64,000 nt of DNA from an uncultured Methanomassiliicoccales archaeon (lineage in GTDB: Archaea > Thermoplasmatota > Thermoplasmata > Methanomassiliicoccales > Methanomethylophilaceae). This document shows, one piece after another, positions 19,255 to 28,732 of this stretch; position 1 is the first letter of the stretch; every line of letters begins with the position of its first letter. The stretch is from NCBI GenBank assembly GCA_959597175.1, contig CAUFXM010000007.1:6450-70449 (forward strand). Direction: 5' to 3'. The notes beneath the pieces were generated by a model, which saw only the letters and a list, made by a program, of their open reading frames with translations, was not told the DNA's origin and ran no database searches. The position numbers were made by a program, and so were the translations under genes.

Positions 19255-20697
19255 ATGGGAGCCGATTCGATGAACGATTCAAACTCATCAGTCGGAAGGG
19301 GATCAGCGTTGATCCTCGCAACGATAGTGCTGGGGATGTTTCTGGATGGGCTGGACGGGACCATCGTCAACGTCGCTCTCCCGGAGATCGCCAGCGATTT
19401 CCAGATCGATTCTAGCACGTCGTCGTGGATCGTCACCATCTACTTCCTGGTGCTCGCCGGGCTGGTGCTGGTGTTCGGGAAGCTGTGCGACAGCGGGGCG
19501 ATCAAGAAGATCGTCCTGGCCGGTTTCGCCATATTCACATTCGGTTCGTTGGCCTGCGGGCTGTCCTTCAACATAGGTGTCCTTCTAGCGTTCAGGGCGA
19601 TCCAGGGTATCGGGGCCTCCATGCTGGCCGCCTCCTGCATCATGCTGTCCGTGAAGTTCCTCCCACCTGGGAAGGTCGGGTTCGGACTTGCTCTGGGCCT
19701 TTTGGGTTCCTCGATTGGAGCCGCTGTGGGGCCTGCGCTTGGCGGGGTCCTGGCAGCGACCATATCGTGGCACTGGATTTTCTTTATCAACCTGCCCATA
19801 GGGATCATCGCGTTGTTCATCGCCAGGAAGGGGATCCCGGCGGACACTGGGTTTGACAGGAGTGCATTCGACTACAAGGGTTCGGCAATCCTGTTCCTGG
19901 CGCTGGTCTGCGGGCTCTATACCCTGGAGTCGTTCCCGTCCCACGGCGTCACCACTGTCACAGTAGTGGCATTGATCCTGTTCGTGATCCTGTTCGCCGC
20001 TTTCTTGATTTACGAGCGCAGAATCTCGTACCCCGTTCTCAAGCTCCATCTGTTCAAGAGCAGGAGGTTCGATGCATTGTGCATCTCGTTCCTGCTGGTG
20101 AACGCATGCTACATGGGATGCCTGTACCTGCTTCCGTTCTACATGAGGGTGGAGCTCGGATACGACACCATCATGTGCGGTCTGTTCCTGCTGATCATGG
20201 CTCTCGTCACCCTGGTGTTCTGCCTCAAGTCCTCGAAGATGGCGGAGACGAGGGGCAACAGGCCGCTGGTGCTGGCTGGATGCGTGGTGCTGGTCATCGC
20301 GATGATCGTCCTGTCATCCATCAATGCCGGCCTCAGCATATGGTTCCTGGTGTTGGGCCTGGCTCTTATGGGATTGGTGTGGGGGATCTGCGGAGGCCCC
20401 ATCGGTGCCAGGCTCATAGACAACGTGCCGCCAGAGGACAAGGGGTCAGGATCATCTCTGCTGTCGTTCTTCATCTACTTCGGGAACGCGGTCGGGACAG
20501 CACTGTTCTCCGGTCTGTTCGGATTCGGTTCCAACGCCTCCGGGCAGCCCATCGCGGACCTGGATCCTGCCATCTTCATGAACGGGTTCTCCTTCGCCAT
20601 GACCGTGGGTGTCGTGCTGGCGGTGATCGCACTCATCACCGCATGGGTCGTGAACGAGAACAAGAGGAAGGCTGCCGAGGGTTCGTCCCGAGTCTGA
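19255..20697 (+). CDS. MFS transporter (DHA2/EmrB-like)
   Basis: 480 aa, many TM helices; LDGTIVNVALP and GKLCD motifs of drug:H+ antiporters. Confidence 0.8.
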   Translation: MGADSMNDSNSSVGRGSALILATIVLGMFLDGLDGTIVNVALPEIASDFQIDSSTSSWIVTIYFLVLAGLVLVFGKLCDSGAIKKIVLAGFAIFTFGSLACGLSFNIGVLLAFRAIQGIGASMLAASCIMLSVKFLPPGKVGFGLALGLLGSSIGAAVGPALGGVLAATISWHWIFFINLPIGIIALFIARKGIPADTGFDRSAFDYKGSAILFLALVCGLYTLESFPSHGVTTVTVVALILFVILFAAFLIYERRISYPVLKLHLFKSRRFDALCISFLLVNACYMGCLYLLPFYMRVELGYDTIMCGLFLLIMALVTLVFCLKSSKMAETRGNRPLVLAGCVVLVIAMIVLSSINAGLSIWFLVLGLALMGLVWGICGGPIGARLIDNVPPEDKGSGSSLLSFFIYFGNAVGTALFSGLFGFGSNASGQPIADLDPAIFMNGFSFAMTVGVVLAVIALITAWVVNENKRKAAEGSSRV

Positions 20698-20886
20698 CGC
20701 GTGTCGGCCGATTGCCGGCATCCTAAACCGTTTACGGCCCCGTCGGATTCCCGGCGAGGGCCGGTCCAATTTCAATGGAAGTTCAAGTGGGAGCTCGTCA
20801 CGGGACGCGCGTGGGGATGGCAACGGAATCGAATGAGAATGAGCCGGTCCGCAGGGGACCGGCATTGCGTTCGTAAGCTTGCGGAT

Positions 20887-21105
20887 TCAGGCGCTCTCGG
20901 CGGCCTTGAGGGATGACTTGTAGGCCTCCAGCACTGCGGGGACGGTCATGACGCTGACCGCTTCGACGAGGGAGTCCCAATCCTCCTCGGATATCATCAC
21001 GATGTTTCCAGCGCCGGTGCTGATGGTGATTTTCTCTCCCATCAGGGATCTGTCGACGAGTTCGCGCATCTTTTCCTGCGCACTGGGAACATCGTATGTT
21101 GCCAT
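20887..21105 (-). CDS. Phd/YefM-family type II antitoxin (no partner toxin seen)
   Basis: 72 aa; ...ELVDRSLMGEKITISTGAGNIVMISEEDWDSLVEAVSVM... matches Phd/YefM pattern. Confidence 0.7.
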   Translation of the reverse strand: MATYDVPSAQEKMRELVDRSLMGEKITISTGAGNIVMISEEDWDSLVEAVSVMTVPAVLEAYKSSLKAAESA

Positions 21106-21320
21106 GAGTGAAGCCAGCTTGTCTAACTATATAAAACAATCTGATGGATGTTTCATGGTGATAAGTGGATTGAATAAATTACGAATAAAAGATAGAATTG
21201 ATAGATGTTTGTATAATATATAGAAATCACACAGACCAGATGTTGAAGATATATGATTGTACAACAAGGATATAATTATCCTATAAACACTGAAACTAGT
21301 CAGCGATACGATGTGCGTCA
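21106..21320. other. AT-rich island (about 27% GC by hand count over 21121..21300)
   Basis: Sharp compositional drop relative to about 60% GC flanks; lies upstream of the antitoxin gene. Confidence 0.6.
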
Positions 21321-21409
21321 GCAATGACTGGATATTGTCGCGTATCGGGACGGATGTGGTCGCCGTTCCGATCCGGGGGGTGGGGGCGGGTCGCCCCCTT
21401 GAAAAGGAA

Positions 21410-22831
21410 TCAGTCCTGGATCACGCGGACCTGGATCTTCTTGTTCTTGTACTTGGCCTTGGGGAGGTCCATCGTCATCCTGTTGCCGAAGTCCCTGTGG
21501 ACCTCAACGACGGAGGACTCGGGACCGACCGTTATCTTCCCGATCGACACGTCCCTGATCCTGGCGTTGCGGATGATGAAGTCCGCCAGGCTGACCTTGC
21601 CGAAGCCGTCCTTCTTCCCAAGGTTGACCTCGAACCTGCACATCCCGAACACGTCGGAGATCTGGTCGTAGTCGATGACCTTCTTGATGGTGTCCTTGGT
21701 GCCCGGTTCGGCCTCGGGGACGTCCCTCTTCTCGATCTCCATCCCAGTGCGCATCTCGAACTCCCTGACCAGGTGCTCCTCCTCCGAGGTGACGAAGGAC
21801 ACCGCAGTGCCCTCCTTCCCGGCCCTGCCGGTCCTTCCGATGCGGTGGATGTAGGTGTCGATGTCGTCGGGCATGTCGTAGTTGATGACGTATGTGATGT
21901 CGTCGATGTCCAGTCCCCTGGCGGCGACGTCGGTGGCGATGAGGATGTCGGTCTTGTCTGCTTTGAAGTCCGCCATCACCTTCTCCCTCTTGGACTGGGG
22001 CATGTCCCCGTGGATGGCCTCCACCTTGTACTTCAGGTTGGTGAGCCTCTCCTCCAGCACGTCGACCATCTTCTTGGTCTGGCAGAAGATGATGGCCTTG
22101 GGCTCGTCGATGTCCAGGATCCTGCAAAGGGCCCAGGATTTGTTCCTCCTGCCCACTGAGATGTAATACTGCTTGGTCAGGTCCAGGACCACCTCGTCCT
22201 GGGAGACCGACACCTCCTTGGGGTTGTGCATGTAGTCGAAGGCCAGCTGCTTGACGTTCTCCTGCATGGTGGCGGAGAACAGGAGCGTGTGCCTCTTCTC
22301 GGGCATGGCCTTCAGGATGAACTCGATGTCCTCGATGAACCCCATGTCCAGCATCCTGTCCGCTTCGTCAAGGACCATGACGGAGATCTCCGAGAGGTTC
22401 AGCACCTTCCTTGTTATCATGTCCCTGACGCGTCCGGGGGTACCCGCGACGATGTCGCAGCCCTGCTGGAGCTTCTTGATCTGCCCCTCGATGCTCGCTC
22501 CCCCGTAGATGGGGAGGCAGACGTGGCCGGAGTACTTCGACAGCTTCGTGAGCTCGCCCGCCACCTGGTTCGCCAGCTCCCTGGTCGGGACGAGGACGAT
22601 GGCGGATGGGACCTGCCTCCCGGCCTCGATGGTGCCCAGGATGATGGATCCGTATGCGCCGGTCTTGCCGGTACCGGTCTGGGCCTGGCCGAACATGTCC
22701 ACGCCTTTTATGCCGAGCGGGATGGAGTTCACCTGGATGGGAGTGGGCTCGGTCCACCCCATGTCGTCCATGGCTTTGGAAACGTCCTCCGGGACGCCGA
22801 TGTCTGTGAAATTGGAGATCATACGTATCAC
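21410..22831 (-). CDS. DEAD-box ATP-dependent RNA helicase with C-terminal DbpA-like RNA-binding domain
   Basis: AQTGTGKT, VLDEADRMLDMGF, SAT, HRIGRTGRAG motifs. Confidence 0.9.
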   Translation of the reverse strand: MIRMISNFTDIGVPEDVSKAMDDMGWTEPTPIQVNSIPLGIKGVDMFGQAQTGTGKTGAYGSIILGTIEAGRQVPSAIVLVPTRELANQVAGELTKLSKYSGHVCLPIYGGASIEGQIKKLQQGCDIVAGTPGRVRDMITRKVLNLSEISVMVLDEADRMLDMGFIEDIEFILKAMPEKRHTLLFSATMQENVKQLAFDYMHNPKEVSVSQDEVVLDLTKQYYISVGRRNKSWALCRILDIDEPKAIIFCQTKKMVDVLEERLTNLKYKVEAIHGDMPQSKREKVMADFKADKTDILIATDVAARGLDIDDITYVINYDMPDDIDTYIHRIGRTGRAGKEGTAVSFVTSEEEHLVREFEMRTGMEIEKRDVPEAEPGTKDTIKKVIDYDQISDVFGMCRFEVNLGKKDGFGKVSLADFIIRNARIRDVSIGKITVGPESSVVEVHRDFGNRMTMDLPKAKYKNKKIQVRVIQD

Positions 22832-22995
22832 TGATCTGAAACTCTGCCTGGGACAGCACCCAGACGACTTTCTCTTTTCGGCAAGGCGTACCTGCTCATA
22901 CTTTATAAATATGATTTAAAAGAAGTTGATTAGGAAGAGGTCGTTCGACGTACGATATCTTTATATCGGATGACTCTATCCTGGGGTTACCACGT

Positions 22996-23068
22996 GTGGA
23001 CGTAGTGTAGCTGGTTATCACTTAACCTTGCCAAGGTTAGAACTCGGGTTCGAATCCCGGCGTCCGCA
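22996..23068 (+). tRNA. tRNA-Gly (GCC)
   Basis: GTGGACG/CGTCCGC acceptor stem, anticodon arm TAACC-TTGCCAA-GGTTA, T-arm GGGTTCGAATCCC; TATA-like ctttatatc about 40 nt upstream. Confidence 0.9.
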
Positions 23069-23158
23069 CTCATTCCTTCTCTGATTCTCACGATTCACAT
23101 CCAACTATCGTCTCGCTATACCGCCAACGATTTATCCGACCGCTACATCGCGAATTGC

Positions 23159-24406
23159 ATGATTCAGTGTCCGCGCGGTACCAGGGACTTCCTCCCTGAC
23201 GAGATGGAGAAACGCAAGTTCTACGAGGACAGGCTCAGGCACACCGCGAGGACGTTCGGCTTCAGGGAGACCGAGACCCCGATCTTCGAGGATGCCGAGC
23301 TTTTCATCCTCAGGTCCGGGCCCAACGTTCTGAAGGAGTTGTACGCCTTCGAGGACAAGGGCGGAAGGCAGATTGCCCTTCGTCCCGAGATGACCGCTCC
23401 TGCCGTCAGGATGTTCGTAAACAGCATGAGCAACGACCCCAAGCCGATCAAGATCTTCTACTTCGGTCAGTGCTTCAGGTACGAGAGGCCGCAGAGCGGG
23501 AGGTACAGGGAGTTCTTCCAGTTCGGAGCCGAGATCATCGGTGGGGCCACGCCCGAGACGGATGCCGAGGCCATCGCACTGGCCTACGCGCTAATAGGGC
23601 AGATTGGTGTGAAGGACTACCGCATCCGCATCGGCCACATCGGTGTCCTCAGGCAGAGGATCGCCGACGCCGGCGTACCGCAGGAGAGGGCCGCCGAGGT
23701 CCTCCAGAAGCTGGACAAGAAGCTCTACGACGAGGCCCGCCCCCTCATGGAGGGCATGGGTGTGAGATCCGAGGACATCGATAACATATTCGCGCTGACG
23801 GAGACCGTTGGCGGAACGGAGGTCCTGGACAGGGTCCCGGGCGAGGCCGGCGACTGGCTCAGGCAGGTCGTGGCGTATCTGGACGCGATGGGCGTCAGGG
23901 ATCTGGAGATCGACCTGGGTGTCGTCAGGGGGCTCGACTACTACACGGGCATGGTCTTTGAGGCAGAGGCTCCGGCGCTCGGCGCCGAGAAGCAGATCTG
24001 CGGAGGCGGTTCGTACACGCTCTCCGAGCTGTTCGGTGGGGAGAAGGTGTTCTCCACCGGTTTCGCCATCGGGTTTGACAGGATCCTGCTGGCGCTGGAG
24101 AAGGAGGGTTGCTCGTACCAGCCCAAGGGGCTCGACGCCTACGTGGTATCTGTCACGGACGATGTGAGGATGAGGGCCGCCGAGGTCACCGCGTCGCTCA
24201 GGGCGGCAGGCGTCTCCGCTGACATGGACATCATGGGCAGGAAGATGGCCAAGGCGCTGAAGTACGCGTCATCGGTGAGGGCGAGGTATGCTGTCATCGT
24301 CGGCGCCAAGGAGCTTGAGCAGGGCTCTGTCACGCTGAGGGACATGTCCACCGGGGAGCAGGAGCTCGTCCCGATCGATGGTCTCGCTCAGAGGATCGGG
24401 GCCTGA
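23159..24406 (+). CDS. hisS: histidine--tRNA ligase
   Basis: RGTRDFLP, RPEMTAP, FRYERPQSGRYREFFQ, GGGSY class II HisRS motifs. Confidence 0.95.
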   Translation: MIQCPRGTRDFLPDEMEKRKFYEDRLRHTARTFGFRETETPIFEDAELFILRSGPNVLKELYAFEDKGGRQIALRPEMTAPAVRMFVNSMSNDPKPIKIFYFGQCFRYERPQSGRYREFFQFGAEIIGGATPETDAEAIALAYALIGQIGVKDYRIRIGHIGVLRQRIADAGVPQERAAEVLQKLDKKLYDEARPLMEGMGVRSEDIDNIFALTETVGGTEVLDRVPGEAGDWLRQVVAYLDAMGVRDLEIDLGVVRGLDYYTGMVFEAEAPALGAEKQICGGGSYTLSELFGGEKVFSTGFAIGFDRILLALEKEGCSYQPKGLDAYVVSVTDDVRMRAAEVTASLRAAGVSADMDIMGRKMAKALKYASSVRARYAVIVGAKELEQGSVTLRDMSTGEQELVPIDGLAQRIGA

Positions 24407-24911
24407 CCCTGGTGCGTGCAAGGATCTGCTGAATGCAGAACGCCGAGAGGACCGGCTGCAGGAGGTCCTCCCCAGCCAGCCACCCGTCAAGCTCCAGGGG
24501 TCTGTCAGGGGTTCCGAGGCCCTCGAACGTTCCGGGCGAGCGGTAGTTGTCCCTGGCCAATACACGACCGACGCTCCCGGCCAGCTCGGAAGCGATCATT
24601 GGCGGCATCCTGTCCAGTGCCATGCAGGCGACCGGCGTGCCGGAGACGTCGCAGAGGCACCCGACCGTCAGGATCCTGGTCTCCGGCCCCTCGCAGGTGT
24701 GGAGGATCACGCTAAGCCTCCTGCTCTCAGTCCGGAGGTCCATCCTCCACCCCAACCTCTCCGCCGTCGCGGAGTATATCCCCGCGCTCACGGACATCGT
24801 GTCCATGTCAGACAGTCTGTATATCGCGGAGAGGTCGTCATCGGTCATCGTTCCGCGCGGATGGCGCAGAACGCCTCCGCGACCGGTCATCGACAGCACC
24901 ATCATGCGCAT
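24330..24911 (-). CDS. hypothetical protein translationally coupled to the helicase (candidate fifth gene of the Shango-like cassette)
   Basis: 193 aa; starts MRMMVLS with ATG codons overlapping helicase TGA (24902..24911); balanced composition, unlike the R/P-rich plus-strand ORFs; last 77 nt overlap hisS convergently. Confidence 0.5.
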   Translation of the reverse strand: MRMMVLSMTGRGGVLRHPRGTMTDDDLSAIYRLSDMDTMSVSAGIYSATAERLGWRMDLRTESRRLSVILHTCEGPETRILTVGCLCDVSGTPVACMALDRMPPMIASELAGSVGRVLARDNYRSPGTFEGLGTPDRPLELDGWLAGEDLLQPVLSAFCIQQILARTRVRPRSSERDHRSGRAPAPRWTCPSA

Positions 24912-27145
24912 CGTCCGGCGTCCCTCGTCTCCGAACCCGCGGGCGATCGCGTCGAATCCGAGCGCATCCAACAGGGGTGCACGGCAGCAATCCTCGGTAC
25001 CCACCGTCGATCACCTCGGGCGATGTCGAAGTCCCAGTCCAGCCTCCTGGCGCAGAACGCGTTGGCCAGGAGGTCGTCTGGGACGAACCTGTCGAACTTC
25101 TTGGACCTCAGCCTGTCCTCCGGGGACAGGAGGGTCGATATCGCGCCTTCGGACCTGATCCGTGCCAGTCCCTCCAGTATCGCGTCAGGGGGCAGGTCGG
25201 TGGCGACCTCTATCACCACCGGGCTGTAGGCCCACAGCACCTGGACCCCGTCGATTTCGGACAGCATCCTCCTGAGAGTGTCGAACTTGACGGATCCCAG
25301 CCAGGGGTAGACCGAATACCCCAGGTCGGAGTCCACGAACACGTCCGCCGTCCCCGAGGCCCTGAAGGCGGATCTGGACGTCGACAGCTCGACCCTGGCG
25401 GCGCTGTCCAGGTACGGGTAGTCATCGTCCGACAGCAGGACATCCCTCATCTTAGCCACCACTCTGTCGTCCACGTCAGGGGCTTCGCCGGACCAGGAGC
25501 GGTCGGGGTCGCCGTCGGTCTCCTCCACATCCACCCATCCGTCGCCCCTCCTGGTGACCACCCACACCCTTCCCGCGAGACCTATCCTGGTCCCGTACTC
25601 GGGCTCCCCCTGGACGGTGCCGACCGGGGTGCCGTTGCATCTGACCTCCGTCTCCTTCTTGACGGTGAACACGGACGGGAATTCCCCGCCGAATGCCAGC
25701 CATTCCGCGGACGGGCCTATTACGAGGGACCGGTCAGCCGTCTGGACCATGGCCCCCTGGACTATCATGTGCCTCGCCAGCCTCCTGTACTCTTCGACCG
25801 TGATCCCGGCGAATGGGTCGAGCGACAGAACGTCCCTGACGAGATCGGTGAACCTAACGTCCCCGGTCGCCCCCTTCAGTGCCGCCAGGGTCTGGTGGAA
25901 CAGGAGGCCGTATGGGAGGGGGTCCGGGGCCATCCTCTCCGTCCACCCCTCCCTCAGGTACAGCTCCGTCTCCGCGATCCCCCTGGCCAGCTCCATCGAG
26001 ACCCCGTCGATCCCGGGATGCCAGATGGCATCGTCGTCGTTGCAGAACATGATCATCTCCTGCCTGCCGCCGCGCCTCCCGGACCTGCCCATCCTCTGTA
26101 CCATGCTGGAGCAGGTCCAAGGGGCGCCGATCTGCACGACCCTGTCGAGACCTCCGATGTCCATCCCGAGCTCCAGCGTCACGGTCGCCACCACCGTCGC
26201 CCTCGGATCGCCCTTCAGGTCGGCCTCAGCCAACCTCCTGGTCTCGGCGGTGAGGCTGCCGTGGTGCACCCTAACCGGGTTCCTGGACCCCCTGGCCTTC
26301 GAGACCTTCTCCAGGGATCTGGCGGTCCTCTCCGCCGCGGCCCTGCTGTTGGTGAACACGATGCAGTTGTATGGGTCTGTGAGCCTGAACAGCTCCGAGT
26401 AGTAGGACAGTACGGCACGGTCCCTGCTGCCCTCCCTGTCCTTGGGCGGGAACCTGCAGTGCTTGATCCCCATCCTGCAGGACCTGCGGTCGTCGGAGGA
26501 CACCACCGACACGCCCCGTCCGGTGCTGCCCCCCAGCCATCCGGCCGCTTCCCCCGGCTCTGAGAGCGTCGCGGACAGCCCAATCCTCCTGGGGGAGCAT
26601 CCGGCAGCCCTCTCGATGCGGGTGAGCTCGCAGAGAAGCTGGAGGCCCCTGTCTGAGGACATGAACGCGTGGAGCTCGTCGACTATGACGAATCTGAGGT
26701 TTCCGAACATACGGCGGAGATCCTCCGGATGGCCGTCGATTATGCCCTCCAGGGACTCCGGAGTGATCTGGAGGATCCCCTCCGGCTCCCTGAAGATCGC
26801 CTCCTTGCGGAACGCGTCAACGTCCCCGTGCCATCCGCTCACCTTTATCCCGGAGTCCCTGAGCATCAGGTCGAATCTGGAGAACTGGTCGTCTATCAGC
26901 GCCTTGGTGGGGCCTACGTAGAGCGCCCCGATCCCGTCAGGGGGATCAGAGTGGAGGGAAGATACGACCGGTATCAGCGCGGCCTCCGTCTTCCCTGACG
27001 ACGTTCCCGACGAGATCAGGAGGTGGTCGTCCGTGTCGAACAGGACGTCGAACGCCCTGAGCTGCACATCCCTGAACGACGTCCATCCGCTCCTGTGAAG
27101 GTGCTCCAGAACGAAGCGAGGCATGCGGTCGGTGTGGTCGTTCAT
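24902..27145 (-). CDS. Lhr-like DExH-box helicase (SngC-like)
   Basis: GTSSGKT (26987..27007), DELH (26669..26680), SAT, QRMGRSGRRG; about 300-aa C-terminal extension; ATGA overlap with upstream ATPase. Confidence 0.8.
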   Translation of the reverse strand: MNDHTDRMPRFVLEHLHRSGWTSFRDVQLRAFDVLFDTDDHLLISSGTSSGKTEAALIPVVSSLHSDPPDGIGALYVGPTKALIDDQFSRFDLMLRDSGIKVSGWHGDVDAFRKEAIFREPEGILQITPESLEGIIDGHPEDLRRMFGNLRFVIVDELHAFMSSDRGLQLLCELTRIERAAGCSPRRIGLSATLSEPGEAAGWLGGSTGRGVSVVSSDDRRSCRMGIKHCRFPPKDREGSRDRAVLSYYSELFRLTDPYNCIVFTNSRAAAERTARSLEKVSKARGSRNPVRVHHGSLTAETRRLAEADLKGDPRATVVATVTLELGMDIGGLDRVVQIGAPWTCSSMVQRMGRSGRRGGRQEMIMFCNDDDAIWHPGIDGVSMELARGIAETELYLREGWTERMAPDPLPYGLLFHQTLAALKGATGDVRFTDLVRDVLSLDPFAGITVEEYRRLARHMIVQGAMVQTADRSLVIGPSAEWLAFGGEFPSVFTVKKETEVRCNGTPVGTVQGEPEYGTRIGLAGRVWVVTRRGDGWVDVEETDGDPDRSWSGEAPDVDDRVVAKMRDVLLSDDDYPYLDSAARVELSTSRSAFRASGTADVFVDSDLGYSVYPWLGSVKFDTLRRMLSEIDGVQVLWAYSPVVIEVATDLPPDAILEGLARIRSEGAISTLLSPEDRLRSKKFDRFVPDDLLANAFCARRLDWDFDIARGDRRWVPRIAAVHPCWMRSDSTRSPAGSETRDAGRCA

Positions 27146-28431
27146 ACTTCCAGGTCACCGATGAGGTCGTCGTCCGGGTTGTCGTCTGGCTCAACCGTCC
27201 TGCCGGTCACCATCGATTCGAACGTGGCATCCGGGTTCTGGTGCAGGGTGTCCAGGAGGCTGATGAAGTCGCGGGTGATCTCCCTGGGTGTGACCAGCCC
27301 GGCCCCGACGGTGCAGGTGACAGTCTTCAGGTAGGTCTCCAGCATGGAGTCGTCTATCCCCGACCGGTATGAGTAGCGCTGCTCGTGCATCCCCCTCAGC
27401 GTCCTCAGCAGGACGAAGACCTCCTCGTTCGTCAGCGGCCTCAGGTTGATGACCGGGCCGAGGTAGTTGTCGTACCCGTTCTCGTATCTGCCGGCGACCA
27501 GTCTGGACCTGAGTGCCTCGTAGCTGTACAGACCTCTGTTGGGATCCTCTATGAACTCGGGGGTCCCGCAGACGTACATCGAGAGATGGGAGGACTTGCC
27601 CTGCATGATGTCGTTGAACATGGTGAGGAGCCTCTCGTAGTTGTTGCTGCGGGCCACCTTGCTCTGGATCTTGTACAGGATAACACCCTCGTCGATGAAT
27701 ACAACCAGGCCCTTGTACCCGATCCCGGAGCAGAACGCCGCCCACAGCTTGATGAAGTCGTACCAGTTGGCGTCGGTGACCATGTTCGATATGCCCAGGT
27801 CCTTGCGCACGTCGGACTTCAGTTCGTACTCGCCCTTGAGCCATCTCACCGAAGGCATGTCGTCAGAGCCGGAGCTGAGGTCCTCCCAGTACCTGGAGAC
27901 CACGGAGGCGAAGTCCTGATGGAACGTCATCCCGCTCATCTCTGCGGTATCACGCCTCAGACGGTCGCACACCTCTTCCGCCGTCAGGGACTCAACCGTC
28001 CTGCCCGTCTCGGAGGCTACGCGTCCCCTGATCTCGGAGACCCATTTCTGAAGCACGGTCTCCATCGCACCCCCGTCCGGCACCGACTTGACCGCCATGT
28101 TCCTTATCAGTTCGCGGTAGGTGTTCAGGCCCTCCTTCTTGCTCCCCGTGAGCCTGCGGTTTATTGCCAGGTCGGCATCCATGACGACGAACCCGCGGTC
28201 CATGGCGTAGTTGCGGATCATCTGGACCATGAAGCTCTTCCCGTTGCCGAAGCGTCCTGACACGAACCTGAACGCTCCGCCGCCCTCCGCGGTGTCCTCC
28301 AGGTCGCTGACGAATGTCTCGGTCTCCTTCCTGCGTCCCACGGCGATGTACTCCAGCCCCCTGCGGGGGACTACGCCCGAGGACAGGGCGTTCATCATCG
28401 TGATAAGTGTTCTGCGCGGGATGTCGACCAT
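27142..28431 (-). CDS. DUF2791/BrxD-like P-loop ATPase (SngB-like)
   Basis: Walker A GRFGNGKS (28234..28257), Walker B-like GLVVFIDE; N-terminal ...ALSSGVVPRRGLEYIAVGR... as I recall for DUF2791. Confidence 0.7.
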   Translation of the reverse strand: MVDIPRRTLITMMNALSSGVVPRRGLEYIAVGRRKETETFVSDLEDTAEGGGAFRFVSGRFGNGKSFMVQMIRNYAMDRGFVVMDADLAINRRLTGSKKEGLNTYRELIRNMAVKSVPDGGAMETVLQKWVSEIRGRVASETGRTVESLTAEEVCDRLRRDTAEMSGMTFHQDFASVVSRYWEDLSSGSDDMPSVRWLKGEYELKSDVRKDLGISNMVTDANWYDFIKLWAAFCSGIGYKGLVVFIDEGVILYKIQSKVARSNNYERLLTMFNDIMQGKSSHLSMYVCGTPEFIEDPNRGLYSYEALRSRLVAGRYENGYDNYLGPVINLRPLTNEEVFVLLRTLRGMHEQRYSYRSGIDDSMLETYLKTVTCTVGAGLVTPREITRDFISLLDTLHQNPDATFESMVTGRTVEPDDNPDDDLIGDLEV

Positions 28432-28456
28432 GACATGTCCATGGACTCGATGTATT

Positions 28457-28714
28457 TCAACTTGAAGAGGGGCCGCCGCCGAGCCGTGTCAGCGCCGCCC
28501 GCAGGTCGTCCTCGTAGTCCTCCACCAGCGAGCCCGTCTCCACGACCACGTCACCGACGGTGTCCATCGCCGCGGTGTTGATCTCCTCCTCCAGGGCGCC
28601 CCTCTTGAGCACATCCGCCACCGGTTTCACGCCGTCCAGGAGGGATGAGAGGTATCCCAAGGCATCGTCAGATAGGGATCCTACGAAGGCGGACCAGGGC
28701 CCGTCCGCAGTCAT
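28457..28714 (-). CDS. TerB-C-like small ORF; in frame with upstream ORF across a TAG
   Basis: 85 aa; RGALEEEINTAAMDTVGDVVVE resembles the conserved core of TerB-C; same frame as 28733..30706, separated only by TAG plus 6 sense codons. Confidence 0.55.
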   Translation of the reverse strand: MTADGPWSAFVGSLSDDALGYLSSLLDGVKPVADVLKRGALEEEINTAAMDTVGDVVVETGSLVEDYEDDLRAALTRLGGGPSSS

Positions 28715-28732
28715 CGCCGGTTCGGGAACGGG

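Noticed and set aside
20698-20886. Possible degraded RelE/ParE-like toxin downstream of the antitoxin. One frame reads ...ADRLILIRFRCHPH...
   Set aside because: The resemblance is a few residues only. There is no start codon or usable length, so this cannot be supported without a profile search.
21127-21324. 65-aa ORF inside the AT-rich island, upstream of the antitoxin gene (possible toxin).
   Set aside because: Its I/L/S/F-rich translation is typical of random AT-rich sequence. The position (upstream of the antitoxin) and the composition do not fit known Phd-partner toxins.
24378-25229. Plus-strand ORFs (283 aa and 203 aa) opposite the ORF downstream of the helicase.
   Set aside because: Their translations are R/P/S/G-rich. 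The minus-strand frame is more protein-like and is start-coupled to the helicase.
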